Assembly (NCBI RefSeq): GCF_018977255.1
Contig: NW_024704742.1
Coordinates: 27,344,001-27,408,000 of the forward strand
Source of the DNA: Callorhinchus milii
Taxonomy: Eukaryota
DNA: 64,000 bases
Direction of reading: 5' to 3'
Part shown: piece after piece, positions 49,440-62,310 of the stretch
Position numbering within the stretch: position 1 is the stretch's first letter
Layout: every line of letters starts with the position of its first letter
Program-made: the position numbers and the translations under genes
Notes under the pieces: generated by a model
Database searches by the model: none
Told to the model about the DNA's origin: nothing
Seen by the model: the letters and a program-made list of their open reading frames with translations, nothing else

Positions 49440-49790
49440 CCATGGTCAGACAAGACTCTTCAGTCTTGAGTCTTGAGGTGTGTAAAATTTTAAATGGGTT
49501 TGAAAACGTAAACCCAGATCATTACTTTAGGAGTATCATGACAGTAGAACAAGAGGTTTAGTGTTGTAAAGGGCAAGTTCAGGACAGATACCAGGAAGAT
49601 TTTCTTTACATAGATGGTAATCAACGATTGGAACAGGTTGCCAGGAAAGGTGGTTCAGGTTTGGACACTGGACTCATTTAAAAAAAAAAGCTTGATGCAG
49701 TGATGTGGGGCCAGTAGGATGGGTGATCTGGAAGAATGAGATTAAATGGACTGAAGGGCCTTCTTCATCCAGACAAATTTTGTGATCCTG
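49440..49790 (+). mobile_element. Older CR1 LINE 3' fragment
   Basis: Degenerate TTCAGTCTTGA..TTCAGGACAGATACCAGGAAG.TTTTCTTTACA..TGGAACAGGTTGCC and a CR1-like 3' end. Confidence 0.7.
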
Positions 49791-52700
49791 GGGAAAAAAA
49801 GTACAAAAGCCAGACCAGGCCACCTTTATAAGACTCACTGTGATTTTTGCAAAGGAAAACATTTTAAATTTTACTGAAGATACAGAGAAAGAGGGTAGTA
49901 TAGTGCTCGGAGGAAGTTCTAGGTCCTATTGTATTATTTACAAACAAGCTGTAATTGAACGGGTTAAGTGTGAATAACATTGCGGTGTTGGTCAGTGCAT
50001 TGAATTTCAACATGACTTCCGGCAGTCTTGCACATATTCTATAAATGGAATTGGCATTTCAGTTGCAGAGTGGTTGTGATACTCCACGACTGTAAATACA
50101 AAGCAGTGCTGCAGCTTGACTGAGCAGATGAACTGTGTTTGGTCTTCTGCTGACTGGAGTTAGATAATACCCTACCCTGCTTGTTGAGTAGAAATTTCTG
50201 AAGCTTGTCACTTATCACAGATACAATAACGTATACTATAATGACTCCCCCCCACCCCCACCCCCCACAAGCCGTTTTGGGAGGCATTGTGCGGTTAAGC
50301 AACTGCATTGTTCTAAAAAGTCAGTGTTTCCTGGAGTGTTAACACATTGTAGACTCGAGGGAAGAAACTGCTGGTGTTTCACCATAGTCGAGTCCTGTTG
50401 GGATGTTTGCTCAGCAGTGAGTTTATATATAAAAAAGGTAACGGAGATCTGACATTGAATGAGAATAGTTACATTATTGACAATAATGCATTTGGTACAG
50501 TACATTTCACGTCAGGAGGATGTTCAAAAGTGACTGTGTTTGGTGAGCACACATTAGTCTGAAGCATGTCTTCAAATGCATTTCCTTGAAGAAGGAATCC
50601 AGGAGTGTGTCACATTGACTGGTGGGATTGCCCTTTGATCCAATCTATTTTGGTTGAGGCATTCCAAGAGTCACCGTGACTTGTGTGATGTAATTCCAGC
50701 TGCCAGGAGTTGCCGTCTGGAGAAGTAACAAATCCCTTATGAAGTCGTCCCATTTTAGACCCCATTATTGTTATTGCTTTACTTATATTGGTATCTTCCC
50801 CGCTGGCTAACCCGGCTTGAAAAATTGCTGCACGTCCCTGCTGTGCTGTGGAAAACAAAGAGAAAATAGCCCTCAATGTGTTTCTTTCTCCCTTTCTCTT
50901 CCTTCTGTCATCTAATGTAACACACATATGCAAAGCACAGTAGGTTCAGCACGTCTCTGCTGTATTTTTTTAAAAACAAATTCCAATTTCTACATTTTAA
51001 CTTGCCTCTCCTGCTGGTTTCCTAGACACTCTTCATAAATGATGGTGCGAAACCAATTACTTCACCGTGCACCACAGGTCGACCGATCAAATGATAAGGT
51101 CCACTGTTGGCTGAACTATTATTGCAATGTAACATTATTTATAATTCGCATTGAACCACCAGCCAAACCAGACTAAATCCTTGGTTTTTCATTGAGGCTT
51201 CTCGTGGTGGAGGAAAGCAGTTTGCCAGGTGCAAATTATACAGACTAATGCTGACATTTGAACACTTCACCATCAGTCCTCACTGATAACTCAGAGAATG
51301 TATTTCAAAGAAAAAGAGTGCACTGTTTTTGTAAGTGTCTTTAAAATGTTGGACTGACCGTCCATCCTTCACTGCTGTATTCAGCTTCCTCTAACGTGGC
51401 AGTCTCATACCTCCTATATCATCTCTTCCAGCCCTATTCTCCAATTTATACCTTCTGCTCTTCTGACGCTGCTTCACTACTCGTTCATCATTCCCTCTGA
51501 CCCTGCATTAGCCTACATCCACTATGCTTCCAATCCCTGGGACTCTCTTATAAATCCCTTCACCTCACACCCTCTGTCCCTGCCTTCAAAGCTCTCGTAA
51601 AATACAATACAGTATACATTTATCCAGCGCCTTTTAAGTCGGGAGAATGTCTCACAGGGCTTAACAGTGCTAGATACGCCCCTGGTTTGGGGGGTGGGAA
51701 CTGGGGGTGTGGGAGGGGAAGGTGAGCGAGGCAGGAGGACTCTGACAAAGAAATCTACATCTTTGATTATGCCTTCTGTCAACATCCTCAAATTCTCCTT
51801 TCTCCTTCTTGCTTGGTACCTCTATTACATAGAATTATGGTCTTTGCAACAATGGAAACAGGCCATTCAGCCCAACTAGTCCATTGCTGGTGTTTAATAA
51901 TAATAATAGTAATCCTTGCATTTCTTACAGTGCTTTTCACATCTTCTAGACGTCTCAAAACACCTCACAGAATGTTTTGTAAAGTGAATTGACTATATAT
52001 TTGTGGGCGAAACAAATGAGCCTTGCCACTACACTATACATGTGTCTGTGAAGCACTTTATATGAAAGAATTATACAATTGGGAGTTGTTGCACCGAGTT
52101 TTCTTGGTAGGGTTGCAGAAATAAACTGGAAAGTGATTTTGCTGGAAATCCAATGCTTTGCTGGAAATCTGCAATGTGCCAATAAACATCTGAAAGAGAG
52201 AGAAAAGCTAACATTTTGGACTTAATCCTCTGTCAGATTTGTTATATATTTTATTTCAGTTTGTAGGTTCATTGCCAGGGTGAAACTGAACTGTGCAGAG
52301 CAGAGAGGTCCAGGGTGCATGTCCCAGCTTGTGCTGAATTAACTGATTTCAGTGGCTTGGGTACTTCAGTTTTCATCAATGCCTTCCAGGCTGGAGGGGG
52401 TGAAAGGGGAGATTTCAGACAAGGTTACACTTTTGATCACTGTTCACTGACCCATCCCACAGTCGTTTGAAATTGCTTACTAAAACTCACTTTTTGAGTT
52501 TGCATGTAGAGAATGGTTGCTTGCAGTAAAGTACTGGAGGGTGATAATAATAATAAGCTTTGCATTTGATAATAGTGCCTTATCACCTTGTTGAGACGCC
52601 TCAAAGTGCTCAAAGTGAATGTACTATAGATTTTGCGGGCGAAATGCAGCAACCAATGGCGCACAGCAGTTTTGTACCACAAACAGTCGTGGATTGCGTG

Positions 52701-53498
52701 ACCAAATTATTATTCATTGCCAGTGTCAATCGGTTCTTTTTCTTTTTTAATTGGACGCAAAAGCCAGAAAAATGTCAAGAGCTCTATTTTGTTTTTGCCG
52801 ATTAATGAATAGGGGAGAGAGGTGGAAAGGGGTTATTGTAGGTTAATTTGAAGTTCTGTCCGCTTTGCATTGTGTTCATTTTTTAAAAAAAACATATGAA
52901 ATTACTGAAAGCAGGTTATCGAAAGGATGTGGTACACTTTTTCTTAATCTGTTCTTGAACTTTATTTATTTATTCATTCAAGTTTATAGATTTTCTTAAA
53001 AATTCAATATTTGTTTCAGGGAAGCTTTTCACTGCCTGATTTCAAAGTCAAAGAGTTCCTGTCGAGAATGTTAATGGTAAATCCTGGCCTTTGGGTTGAA
53101 TGATGGTGTTTGCTGTAAGAGGAAAGCTTAATTTTGAAAAACTTGTGTGAGATTAAGTTAATACATGTGTTACGTTTTGTTCAAAAAATGGTTGAGCTAA
53201 TTAATGATTTTCCCCCAAATACCCAGTGACATTATTTTGTATGATTATTAACACCTTTACCATGTTATTTCAGCTAGACATTGGGATTCATCGCTCAAAT
53301 GATGGCCAAGCACTGTGGGGTGGGGATTGACCTTATAATCATTGCAAAGATCTAATGATGAAAAATTATATTAGATGCTAAGGAGAAAGAGCAGGGAAAT
53401 AGGATTGCTGTATATACTTCCAGTGAGGGAACTGTCACCAATGGGCCAAATGGTCTCTTTTCATGCTGCAAGCTTTCTTTGAGTCTCCAAAAATTCTA

Positions 53499-53945
53499 GG
53501 TGTCAGCCTGGTTCAGTTGTTAGCACTCTCGCCACTGAGTCAGAAGATTGCGGGTTCAAGCACCACTCGGGACTTTGAGCTCACAATCTGTGCTGAGACT
53601 CCAGGGTTGACACTGGGCTGGGGGTGTGCTGCATTGTCAGAGATGCTATCCGTTTGATGGGATACTAAACCAAGGCCCCGTCTGCCTGTTCAGGTGGACG
53701 TTAAAGACCCCTTGGCACTATTGGAAAAGTGGACGGAGTGTCTCCTGGTGGCCTACCAACAATCTCCCGATAAACTCAGTTAGTTATTCACTTCATGGCT
53801 GTTAGTGAGACATTGCTGTGCAAATTGACTGCCAAGTTTGCGTATAAATTATACAGTCACTCTATTTCACAATAAAATATTGTGAGCACTTTGAGAAATT
53901 TCCATGATGTTACAAGGCACAAAATAAAATGCTACGATCGTTATT
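53499..53945 (+). mobile_element. Old Deu-domain SINE, full length (best-preserved copy)
   Basis: Head GGTGTCAGCCTGGTTCAGTTG..GAGTCAGAAG..GGGTTCAAG, core CCGTCTGCCTGTTCAGGTGGACGTTAAAGACCC.TGGCACTATT, and an L2-like tail. Confidence 0.85.
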
Positions 53946-54650
53946 GAAAAGGACACTATTTTTAGCGATTGCCGTAAGGTACCATTGTGTCAGATAGTTT
54001 CACTATGAACTGGGAACTTGAGTGATGAGTTCAGATTTATTCAGGAAAATCCAAACGCTCTGAGCGCACTCCCAAGAGATTTGGATTCCTGCGGAAGTCT
54101 CACAGAACAGCAAGTATGCGGAGGGTGGCTTCTCTGTTTGTTCCCAGTTAAAGACCCACCAACCTCCTTCTGTGTTTGAGTTCTAGTTTATAGAATCTTA
54201 TAAACTGTGCTGAATATTTTTCATTTTTAAGTCTCGTAACTGACATCGCACCCATGATGCTTGTACTTTGTGTTTTATTTTGCCTGTTAGTCACACTTTA
54301 TTGGGATGACTAAAGTCTGGAAATATTTTTTTCTTCTGTTGAAGCCTGCAGCACCCAGAGCTACCCTGTAATTATTTTTTTTATGATGTATAGGTAGCAG
54401 GTAAAAAAAGTCTACCTGTTAAAACATTTCCCTTCAAACACCATCTGTCTTTATTTTTGTTTTCAGTGAATTTTTGTGCTCATCAATGTGATGGATGTCA
54501 GTATTAGGAAATGGAACATTTTTCTACTTGACGCCCAGTCTCAGCGTCAAATGCTACCAGGTCAAGTATAGCAAAGGCAGATGCAGAGTGGAGCTTCTTC
54601 TACTGCGCCCCAGTAATGTGTCTTAACCCTACATTTGTAGCTGTACCTTC

Positions 54651-54998
54651 ATAATAGTAATCGTTGCATTTGATACACCTCCTTATCACATTGTTACGAT
54701 GTTTCAAAGTGCTTCACAGAATATACTGTGAAGCTGATCGACTATATTTTGTGAGCAAAATGCGGCAGCCAATTGCGCACAGCAGTGTCCCATAAACTGT
54801 TGTGGATTGAGTGACCAAATTATTNAAAAAAATTTGAGGGATTATTACTCCCGGGAAGTGATCCACCAATCGACTAACAACTGGGTTCCTACTTACTGCT
54901 AGGTAAACAGAGGCGTGTGGAATAAGGAAACTTGCCTAAGTTTTCGCCCTGCCTGGGAATCGAACCTACGTCCTCTCGCTTGTCAGGCCAGCGCACTA
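54651..54998 (-). mobile_element. tRNA-headed SINE, diverged copy (contains an ambiguous base n at 54825)
   Basis: Reverse complement contains GGTTCGATTCCCAGGCAGGGCGAAAAC..GCAAGTTTCCTTATTCCACAC and the shared 3' body. Confidence 0.85.
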
Positions 54999-57599
54999 AA
55001 ACCAAAAGAGAAGGGCGATCCTCCTGAAGTCCTGGCCAACAAGAAGAAAATAAGAAAATAAGAATTGCTGGATGAAAAAAGATCAAGGTCCATCTAGTTC
55101 ACCTTCCATCTTCCTGGCTGTCGCATGCATATATGGATGCATACACAACAATCCTCCAGAAAAAAATTGGCTGCCGCTGTGGATATGCACTCACCACAAG
55201 GCTGACTAACTCACTTCACTTCAGAGATTGCTAAGAGACAAGACATGTGTGACCTGAATTCAAACCCAGGTTTTAATAGGTAAAATAAATTGTTTACCAT
55301 CCCTTGAGCCACCTGAACTTAGGCTTAGTCAGTAGGGATCAAAGTTTCTGCCTAACTGCAGAATTCTCTTGTAACGACTGGCCTCCCAGGTTAAGGAGCA
55401 CAAAGCAGCAGTTTTAGGCAATGAACTGCATATTGCTGAAAGTGTCTTTCTGCCATTCTAAAATATCTCCCATGCGCGTGACACTTTAAATCTATCTTAT
55501 GTCTTAAACAGGTCAATTCTTTACTTCTAAGTTAAATGTCATTCAAAGAACATTGAGCTGCAACAGCCTCAATTTACCAAAAAAGTTATGCCACTTTAAT
55601 TGTAAATCAAAGGATGTGTGAACTTAATTTGAAATGGCTATACAACATCAGTAGGTAATTGGGGCAACTCACATTTAATTGTAATAACAAGAACCATAAA
55701 ATCAATTGGTTATCATTTTCATAATCCTGTAGGCTTCATCACTGACATGTGAGTTTTTTTGCACCAGTTTTAATCTCCACACTGCAATTTTGCTTCTGTT
55801 GACTTTTAAGTGCTTGACATTGTGCTACTCTGTCTGAAATTAAAATCCTACAACAAAAGGAAATGACTGGACTGCATGTCTGCATGCTTCCTATAGTGAA
55901 ATGAAGTTAAATTGAAAGAAAGGGTAGTAATGGGGATTCTCTTCAGCACGATAACCTGCCTTTTGTTGCAATTTGTAATCGTTGCCAAGGAAACATTTTA
56001 TCTTTGTAAAAATAGTTAATTTTTTCCCCCCCAAAACCCCTCTTGATATATAATAGGGACAGGATTTTATTCCTTTTTCTAATATTCCTGCTACTACAGG
56101 CTGTTGGCATGACAAATGATTAATGTCTGAACCGTGAAGTATTGTAAAAACTTTACACGTACAGTAAATAATGTGCAAGGGAAGCGATTTTTACTTGAGG
56201 TTCAGAGAGCATGAATCCATCGGGGTAATGTGGGTTTGATTGACATAGCATGCTAAAGATGTAATGCAACTCCCACAAGGATCTCTGCAGCGTTTTAGAG
56301 GACTTTTACAAAATCTAATAAGTTTCCCTTTGTTTCTAATAATTACTTCCCCAATGTGGAAGGCAGTCTTTGTTATTTGCTACACAGTTTTTCACCACAT
56401 TATACTGTATTATCATGAGTGGTTTGCTTGTTGCTAATGTTGATATTGAAGAGCTTTTTTTTCCCCCCTTTCATTTGCTTCTCTGCTTCCCTTAATTGTA
56501 TAGCATATAACATGATTCCTTTCGATCAAAGTCACAACATTTCAGTTGCGGGACATGGCATTGGACACGAAACACAGTCACTTCACTTTATCGCATATCC
56601 TGTGAGACACTTTGGGACGTCCTCCCAGTGCGAAAGGCGCGATACCAAACGCAAGGATTACTATTATTATTTTGTAAAGAAGGCGTTCTATCTGTCCATT
56701 GATGTCTGTGATAATACAGAACCTAGATTTTGATCCTTGTGGTGGTGTCTATTGTCAGCTTGGCAGATGTGACCTAGATGTTGGTCCTCAGCATATAGGC
56801 CCAGTGATTTAATCAGCTCAATACCTTCACCCTATAGGGGCTCACGTGGAAGGCAGCAGTCTATATTTTCCAGCCAGGTGAGGACTCACAGTTTCACACC
56901 AGCACAAATCCTACATGGAGTCTCGTGGACCAAACTTGCTTCATTTCCAAAGGCGCATCAGAATTTTACCTTGAGGTCTGCTTGCTAAGCATATAAGTGT
57001 CAGGAAAACCTTTTGTTGTAAAAAAAAGGAAAGAAATAATGTAATTAATAGTGTTGAGTTACTTTATGGCATATGGCGACGTGACACAAATATATCGGCC
57101 TCACCTTTTCCAGCACCATCACCCTGACTTGAAACCCACTTGCAAAACATTAACTGTTTGCTGCAAACTCAGTCTTAATGAAAGACCATGTCTGTTGCTC
57201 ATCCATTGAGATGTGACAGGGAGAATTGGCGAACTATGACAACAAATATTTGCACTTATGTAGCGCATTCATGTAGAGTGACATCTTGAAGCACTTTACA
57301 GTGATGGACTGGAAACCCAGCCAAGATGGGAATACTGAGAGTAAGGAGGCAGATGTCTAAAGTTTGAAGAGTTATGTTTTAAAGGATTTTGAAAATAGAA
57401 AGGGAGGGTGCAAGGGAGAAGGTTCCTGAGAGCAAGGGCACAGTGGCTGAAAGCTCAGACACCAGTGGTGGGGTGGAAAGGGGTACAGCCCACCAGAGTT
57501 TGTGTAGCAGAGGGACTGGGGGGAGAATAGAGCAGGAAGAGGGTGCAGAAGCTTGATTGCTATTTGTCTGTCAAGGGGAGAAGGAGATTACAAAGCTCA

Positions 57600-57845
57600 A
57601 AATTATCCTCCCTGATATCCACATACTGTACGTGCACTTTCCAGAAGGGGTCTCTAAATAGCAACGGGAACAGGAACCCTGGCTAATTTCTCACCCTACT
57701 CTTCCTTCTCTCCCTCCCTGCCCAGCAGTGCTCAGGCCATTTGTACCTGAGTTGCTGCCCTGGTGGAGACTGGTTGACCTGCCTTCAGACCAGGATTGGA
57801 ACCAGCAATCCTGTGTCTGACTTGATGCCTTTACTCACCAGACCA
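57600..57845 (-). mobile_element. Ancient unclassified SINE-like repeat (related fragments near 15770-15935, 22120-22310, 37190-37385, 52270-52445)
   Basis: Shared blocks such as GGAACCCTGGCTAA and CCCAG..GTGCT.AGGC recur in these segments; all are heavily diverged. Confidence 0.45.
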
Positions 57846-59057
57846 ACAGGGAATGTAAATGTATTTATATTAGCTGCCTCAGCAATCTTGTCACTGAGAG
57901 ATCCCTGGAAACTTCCCCTAACCTGGGTCTCGACCTCCATTGCTGCTCTCTTTATATTACAGCACTGAATGCAAAGTGGACCAACCACAAGACTGACTTA
58001 AAGGAACACTGGTGCTGAGAGTCGAGGAATCCTTTCTCCTGTTTTGTGCAGTTGAAACGTAATGCAATTTGAGCACTTGGTCATTAGGCTCAGGCCAGCT
58101 TTGCCCTGCTGGAGAAGCAATCTGGTCACTTGACTTGCTCGGGTGGTCGTGAATAAAGCCCTCGTTCCCTAAGTGGGTTGAATCAGGTCTAATTTGGCTA
58201 TTGGGATTGAGCAGACCTAACCTCGCTCATTTGTTTTACAATAAGTAATGAAATTTGAAACGTTGTCGCTTTTACATAGCATTTGCCCATCCCATCACTG
58301 TGAATGACTTCAAAATAATGTGCTGCTCTTTTTCTCCTAACAATTTCCTCTTTAAGTTTTGTTTTATAGCAGATCTGGAATAATAAACTACTATAAAACA
58401 TTAAAGAGACAAGAGGATTTAAAGGTTAACATAATATTTCATATTTGTCGTCACAAATATTAAAATCAAACCTTTGGGAAGGAATTAATGTCCTATCTGT
58501 TGCAAAATCTCAGTTTACAACGTAGGAAAGGCTTTATATTTTATTATTATAATTAAGTATTTCTCCATAGTGCACACAAAGATACATGGCTGGCATTTTA
58601 TTTAAAATGAGTTGCTCTATTTCAAGATGAAGAATTCATAGCTGCGTCTGGAAATATGTTGTGTGCTTCTAAGGCATTTGCCTCCTTCAAAGCCCGTCTC
58701 AAGACCATGCCTCTGATCACCCTGCTAACCCCGCCGTTCCTACCCTCCATCCTCCTGATCCTAACCTCCATCTCAGGTATACATCTTTGACTGTCCAGCA
58801 CTTTGGAATATCCTCCTGACATGAAAAGCTATACAAATGTAATTTGTTGTTTGTTGTTCTTTGCCGACAACACAAAGTCCTGTGCCAGCAATGGTAGGTT
58901 TCACAATGATAGACCAAGTTTCCTCCATCTATTCCCCAGCAAGCATCGCTTCCTTAGACACAGTCTGCTCTTGCTTTGGTCTCCTTTTGTCAAAGAGTGG
59001 CTTTGGTGGATGGATTGGTGGATGCAGACACCTCAGATAGTATTATGGGCATTTAAG

Positions 59058-59244
59058 GCCCTGAAATGTCTCAACATAAGACCACATCATTCCTCTCCAG
59101 AATTTTGGGAGACAGTCCCCAATTCAGTATTAATTTGGAAGTCATTCTTTTTGGAATTGTGGAAAATTGGCTTCCAAAATTCTGCACCACCTTAAAATTT
59201 TGAGACAATACTGTTAGGCTTAAGAACTTGAGACATTTTAGGGC
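59058..59244. mobile_element. MITE-like palindromic element
   Basis: Terminal inverted repeat GCCCTGAAATGTCTCAA / TTGAGACATTTTAGGGC (16/17) plus an inner perfect CAGAATTTTGG / CCAAAATTCTG pair (59098-59108 / 59174-59184). Confidence 0.65.
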
Positions 59245-59373
59245 ACTGATGCACAGATTTTCTACCCTGCATCCCTGCTGCGAGCAGCCTTATGTGATAC
59301 CCTGTGTACCTTACACATTTAGATGTGCAAAAATGCTCACAGCATTGCTTGTGTTACTTCATGCTGGTGTAAA

Positions 59374-59392
59374 TGACCACCAGATGGCAGCA
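59374..59392 (+). promoter_or_regulatory. CTCF-like motif TGACCACCAGATGGCAGCA
   Basis: Exact fit to the CTCF core consensus CCASYAGRKGGCRS. Confidence 0.65.
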
Positions 59393-60215
59393 CACGCCTC
59401 CAGGACATTTCATGAGCTTGAAATAGCCAGGCACCTAAGTTTTTAATGCTTTGAGTTGTTGTCATTCAGACTACCTTGCTCCAGTTTAGTGTTGGCTTTT
59501 CAGCTAAACTGCTCAGTGTCATTTCTCTACAGAAGGTGAAGAGACAGTTCGCTAAAAATGGACTGCCTGAACATTCACACTTTCATAGGGAGTTGGATTT
59601 GGATATGTGATGGCGTGGGGAGGGGGGACATCTAGAAAGAGGCGAGAGAAAGCTCAAATATAAACGTTGAGTTCTTCAATCATTTGTATATCCACAATCC
59701 TCAGCAATGAATCATCGACCACCCTTCAGTACTGTCCTGTGGACATCTGCCCTGAATAAATTCTAGAGATATACAGTACTTACTCTCACTCTGTTTCACG
59801 TGCAAAGCCAGTCTAGCATCTGTCTGATCTACATTCTCTCTCTCTTCTCTCTTGAGTAGTTTGTGTCTCTTCTGCACAATTCAAAGGAAATCTTTCAAGA
59901 AAGTTGTTGAATATGTTATTCATTTTTCAATTAAAAGAATTGTTTTAAAAATTGGGGTCTGACCTCAGCTCTGTAAATTTGGTAATGGTCGGAATCACTC
60001 TCCAGGTTTGCTAAAATGCTCCGTTTTCCAAAACCTTGACGATTTCAAAAGACCTGGGTTTATGTCACATTTAGGTGTGGGTTGATTTGGACCTTTTTGA
60101 AAATCACTTTGTGCAAATTACAATATGCAGCAGCGTGTAATAGTAAGGAATCAGATTGCATGATAAACAGAAGTATGTCATTCTGACCGATGAGAAATGT
60201 GCTGTGAAAGTAGAT

Positions 60216-60567
60216 GTCTGAGTCAGAAGGTTGTGGATTCTAGCTCCATGTTGGGATTTAGCACTCACACAGTTTAGGCTCTCACACCAAAATACTGGTG
60301 GGAAGCTGTATTGTCGGTTGTGCCGTGCTTCAGAAGAGGTGTTAAACCGGGTTCCGTTTGCCTGTTCAGGCGGGCGTGAAAGATCCCAAAACACTATTCA
60401 AAAAGCGCAAGAAGTTTCTCCTGGATCCTGACCAACATTCTCTGGAATAAAATTGGTCACTCAATTCATGGCTGTTTGTTGGCCAATGCTGTATGCAATT
60501 TGCTCCTGGGTTTGCCTACCAAATACACAGTCACTACACTTTACAGTGAATGCTGTGAAGTGCTTAG
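60216..60567 (+). mobile_element. Old Deu-domain SINE
   Basis: TCTGAGTCAGAAGGTTGTGG head remnant and Deu core GTTAAACCG..TGCCTGTTCAGG..AAAGATCCC. Confidence 0.78.
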
Positions 60568-61154
60568 GATTGGATTGGAACACTTCACATTGCGTGTTCA
60601 CCCTGCTTGTAGTCTCTTTGAATGAGGCTAATCTTAATCGAAATTGAACGGTTATTGAAATGTCCATCACATTGTGTCTGTAAAACTATTGGGATGTGAA
60701 ACTATTGGGCTGTGATCTCTATATGAGAGAGTACAGTCTGATGAGTGGGCAGTAAACACACTCCAATTTATAGAATTACGTTTTTCCCTCCCTACATGCA
60801 GTGTACAAATGTAATTTTGTTGTTGTTATTGCTCTTTGCAGAAATTTTATTTATTTTTATTTTTAAAAGAACTATTTGGCTGATACATTTATGCTACATG
60901 GATTGGAAAAAGAAATGGGTCAAATTCTATAGCTGTGACTAATGTGTATCAACACGAGTGCTCACCACAATTTATTGTGCTTTTTTGACATAATGCTTCT
61001 CCAGCAGTACCTCAAGGCACACTATGAGGTCTCCAAGCCTTGGCTCTCGCCAATCTGTACCTAATATTCTCCAAAATCAGATAAGCGGGATGTGTCCCTT
61101 CGAAGAGACAGTCCACATTCCATTCCAGAAATTTTCATGTGTCAGTGGCAATTC

Positions 61155-61635
61155 ATTACAATACAAAATTACATTTGTAGAGCGCCTTTCCCGTCAGGAG
61201 GATGTCTGTTACAAGGCGCTGGACTGTCAAGGATTTCGACCCAAGCAGGGGATTGAGGAGGGTGAACGGCAGGGAGAGTAGGAGGGTGATCGAAGGCATG
61301 GTCAAAGAGGAAGGTCTTGAGATGAGTCTTGAAGGAGGCAAGGGAGGAGGTGAGGTGGAGGGGCTGTGGGTTCCAGAAGGTGGGGGCCGAGAGGTTTAAG
61401 GCCCCCCTGCCAATGGCAGGGGACATGAAGCAGGCTGGAGGCTGCTGAGTGGAAGGACCAGACAGGTTGGTAGGTGGGATGTCCTCCCGACGTGAAAGGT
61501 GCTACACAAATGTAATTTTGTTGCTGTAGTAAGGGTTTGGGAGGTCACAGAGCCAGTGGAGCTGGGCGAGGATGGGGGTTGATAGGGTCACGGAGCCTGG
61601 TGTGGGAGAGGACACGAGCTGCAGAGTTCTGGATG
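61155..61635 (-). mobile_element. L2 LINE 3' fragment with an opposite-strand L2 tail inserted at about 61478-61525
   Basis: ORF text LHLTSSLASFKTHLKTFLFDHAF; shares GGAGCCTGGTGTGGGAGAGGACACGAGCTGCAGAGTT with 3090-3127. Confidence 0.88.
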
Positions 61636-62154
61636 ATATAATAATAATCCTTGCCTTTGATATAGAGCTTTATCACGTCTTCAAGACATCTCAAAGCGCT
61701 TCACAGAATATACTGTAAATATTGCAGTATATTTTTACAGAATATATAATGACGCCACAGCCTGTCTGATCTGCACCCTGTGGAGGGAGGAGTTGGGGAG
61801 GCCGACAAGCAGGGGGTTTGCGTAGTCGAGCCTGGATGTGATCAATACATGAAAAACATGAAACTCTCAGTCTAGTTTGGATTCGCTCAAGCATACTGAT
61901 GGTTTTCTGCTTGTGTGAACCCCCAAAGAAGTTGTAGAATGAAAAATCTAGTATAATGGGATGTTTAGCAAAATGATTTGGGAACCAAATAGCACTGGAG
62001 ACTGCCCGCCTAAACTATTTGAGGTTACTGTCTTGTTCCCTCGGTACAAAACATTTCGGTATTGCAGTGGGAATAAAGTGTGTCAGTCGATGTTGCCTCT
62101 GTTGTCAATTGGTCCTGTAAAAGGTTTTGGGCAGTTGGTGAACGAACACTCCAA

Positions 62155-62310
62155 AATGCAAAATACCTCAGATGCTGGAAATATACCTCAGATGCTGGAA
62201 ATACACCTCAGATGCTGGAAATCTGAAACAAAAACAGTCATCGCTGGAAACACTCAGCAGGTCAGGCAGCATCTATGGAGAAAGGAAAGTGAGTCAACAT
62301 TTCGGGTCCA
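62155..62310 (+). mobile_element. Left arm of the Penelope-like palindromic element, with a triplicated 20-bp unit
   Basis: GCAGGTCAGGCAGCATCTATGGAGAAAGGAAAGTGAGT is identical to about 47500-47537. A 20-bp unit containing ACCTCAGATGCTGGAAAT occurs three times at 62161-62222. Confidence 0.8.

Noticed and set aside
49006..49476. ORF with a poly-proline run suggestive of a formin FH1 domain
   Set aside because: The prolines come from a simple C-run (about 49252-49305), without FH1 repeat structure or splice sites. FH1 should lie many exons downstream.
57741..57968. ORF text WLTCLQTRIGTSNPVS resembling the next DIAPH exon (TCLESLRVSLTSNPVSW)
   Set aside because: It needs two deletions in a highly conserved motif, has no suitable splice donor or acceptor, lacks upstream similarity, and lies within an old SINE-like repeat. 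Judged coincidental.
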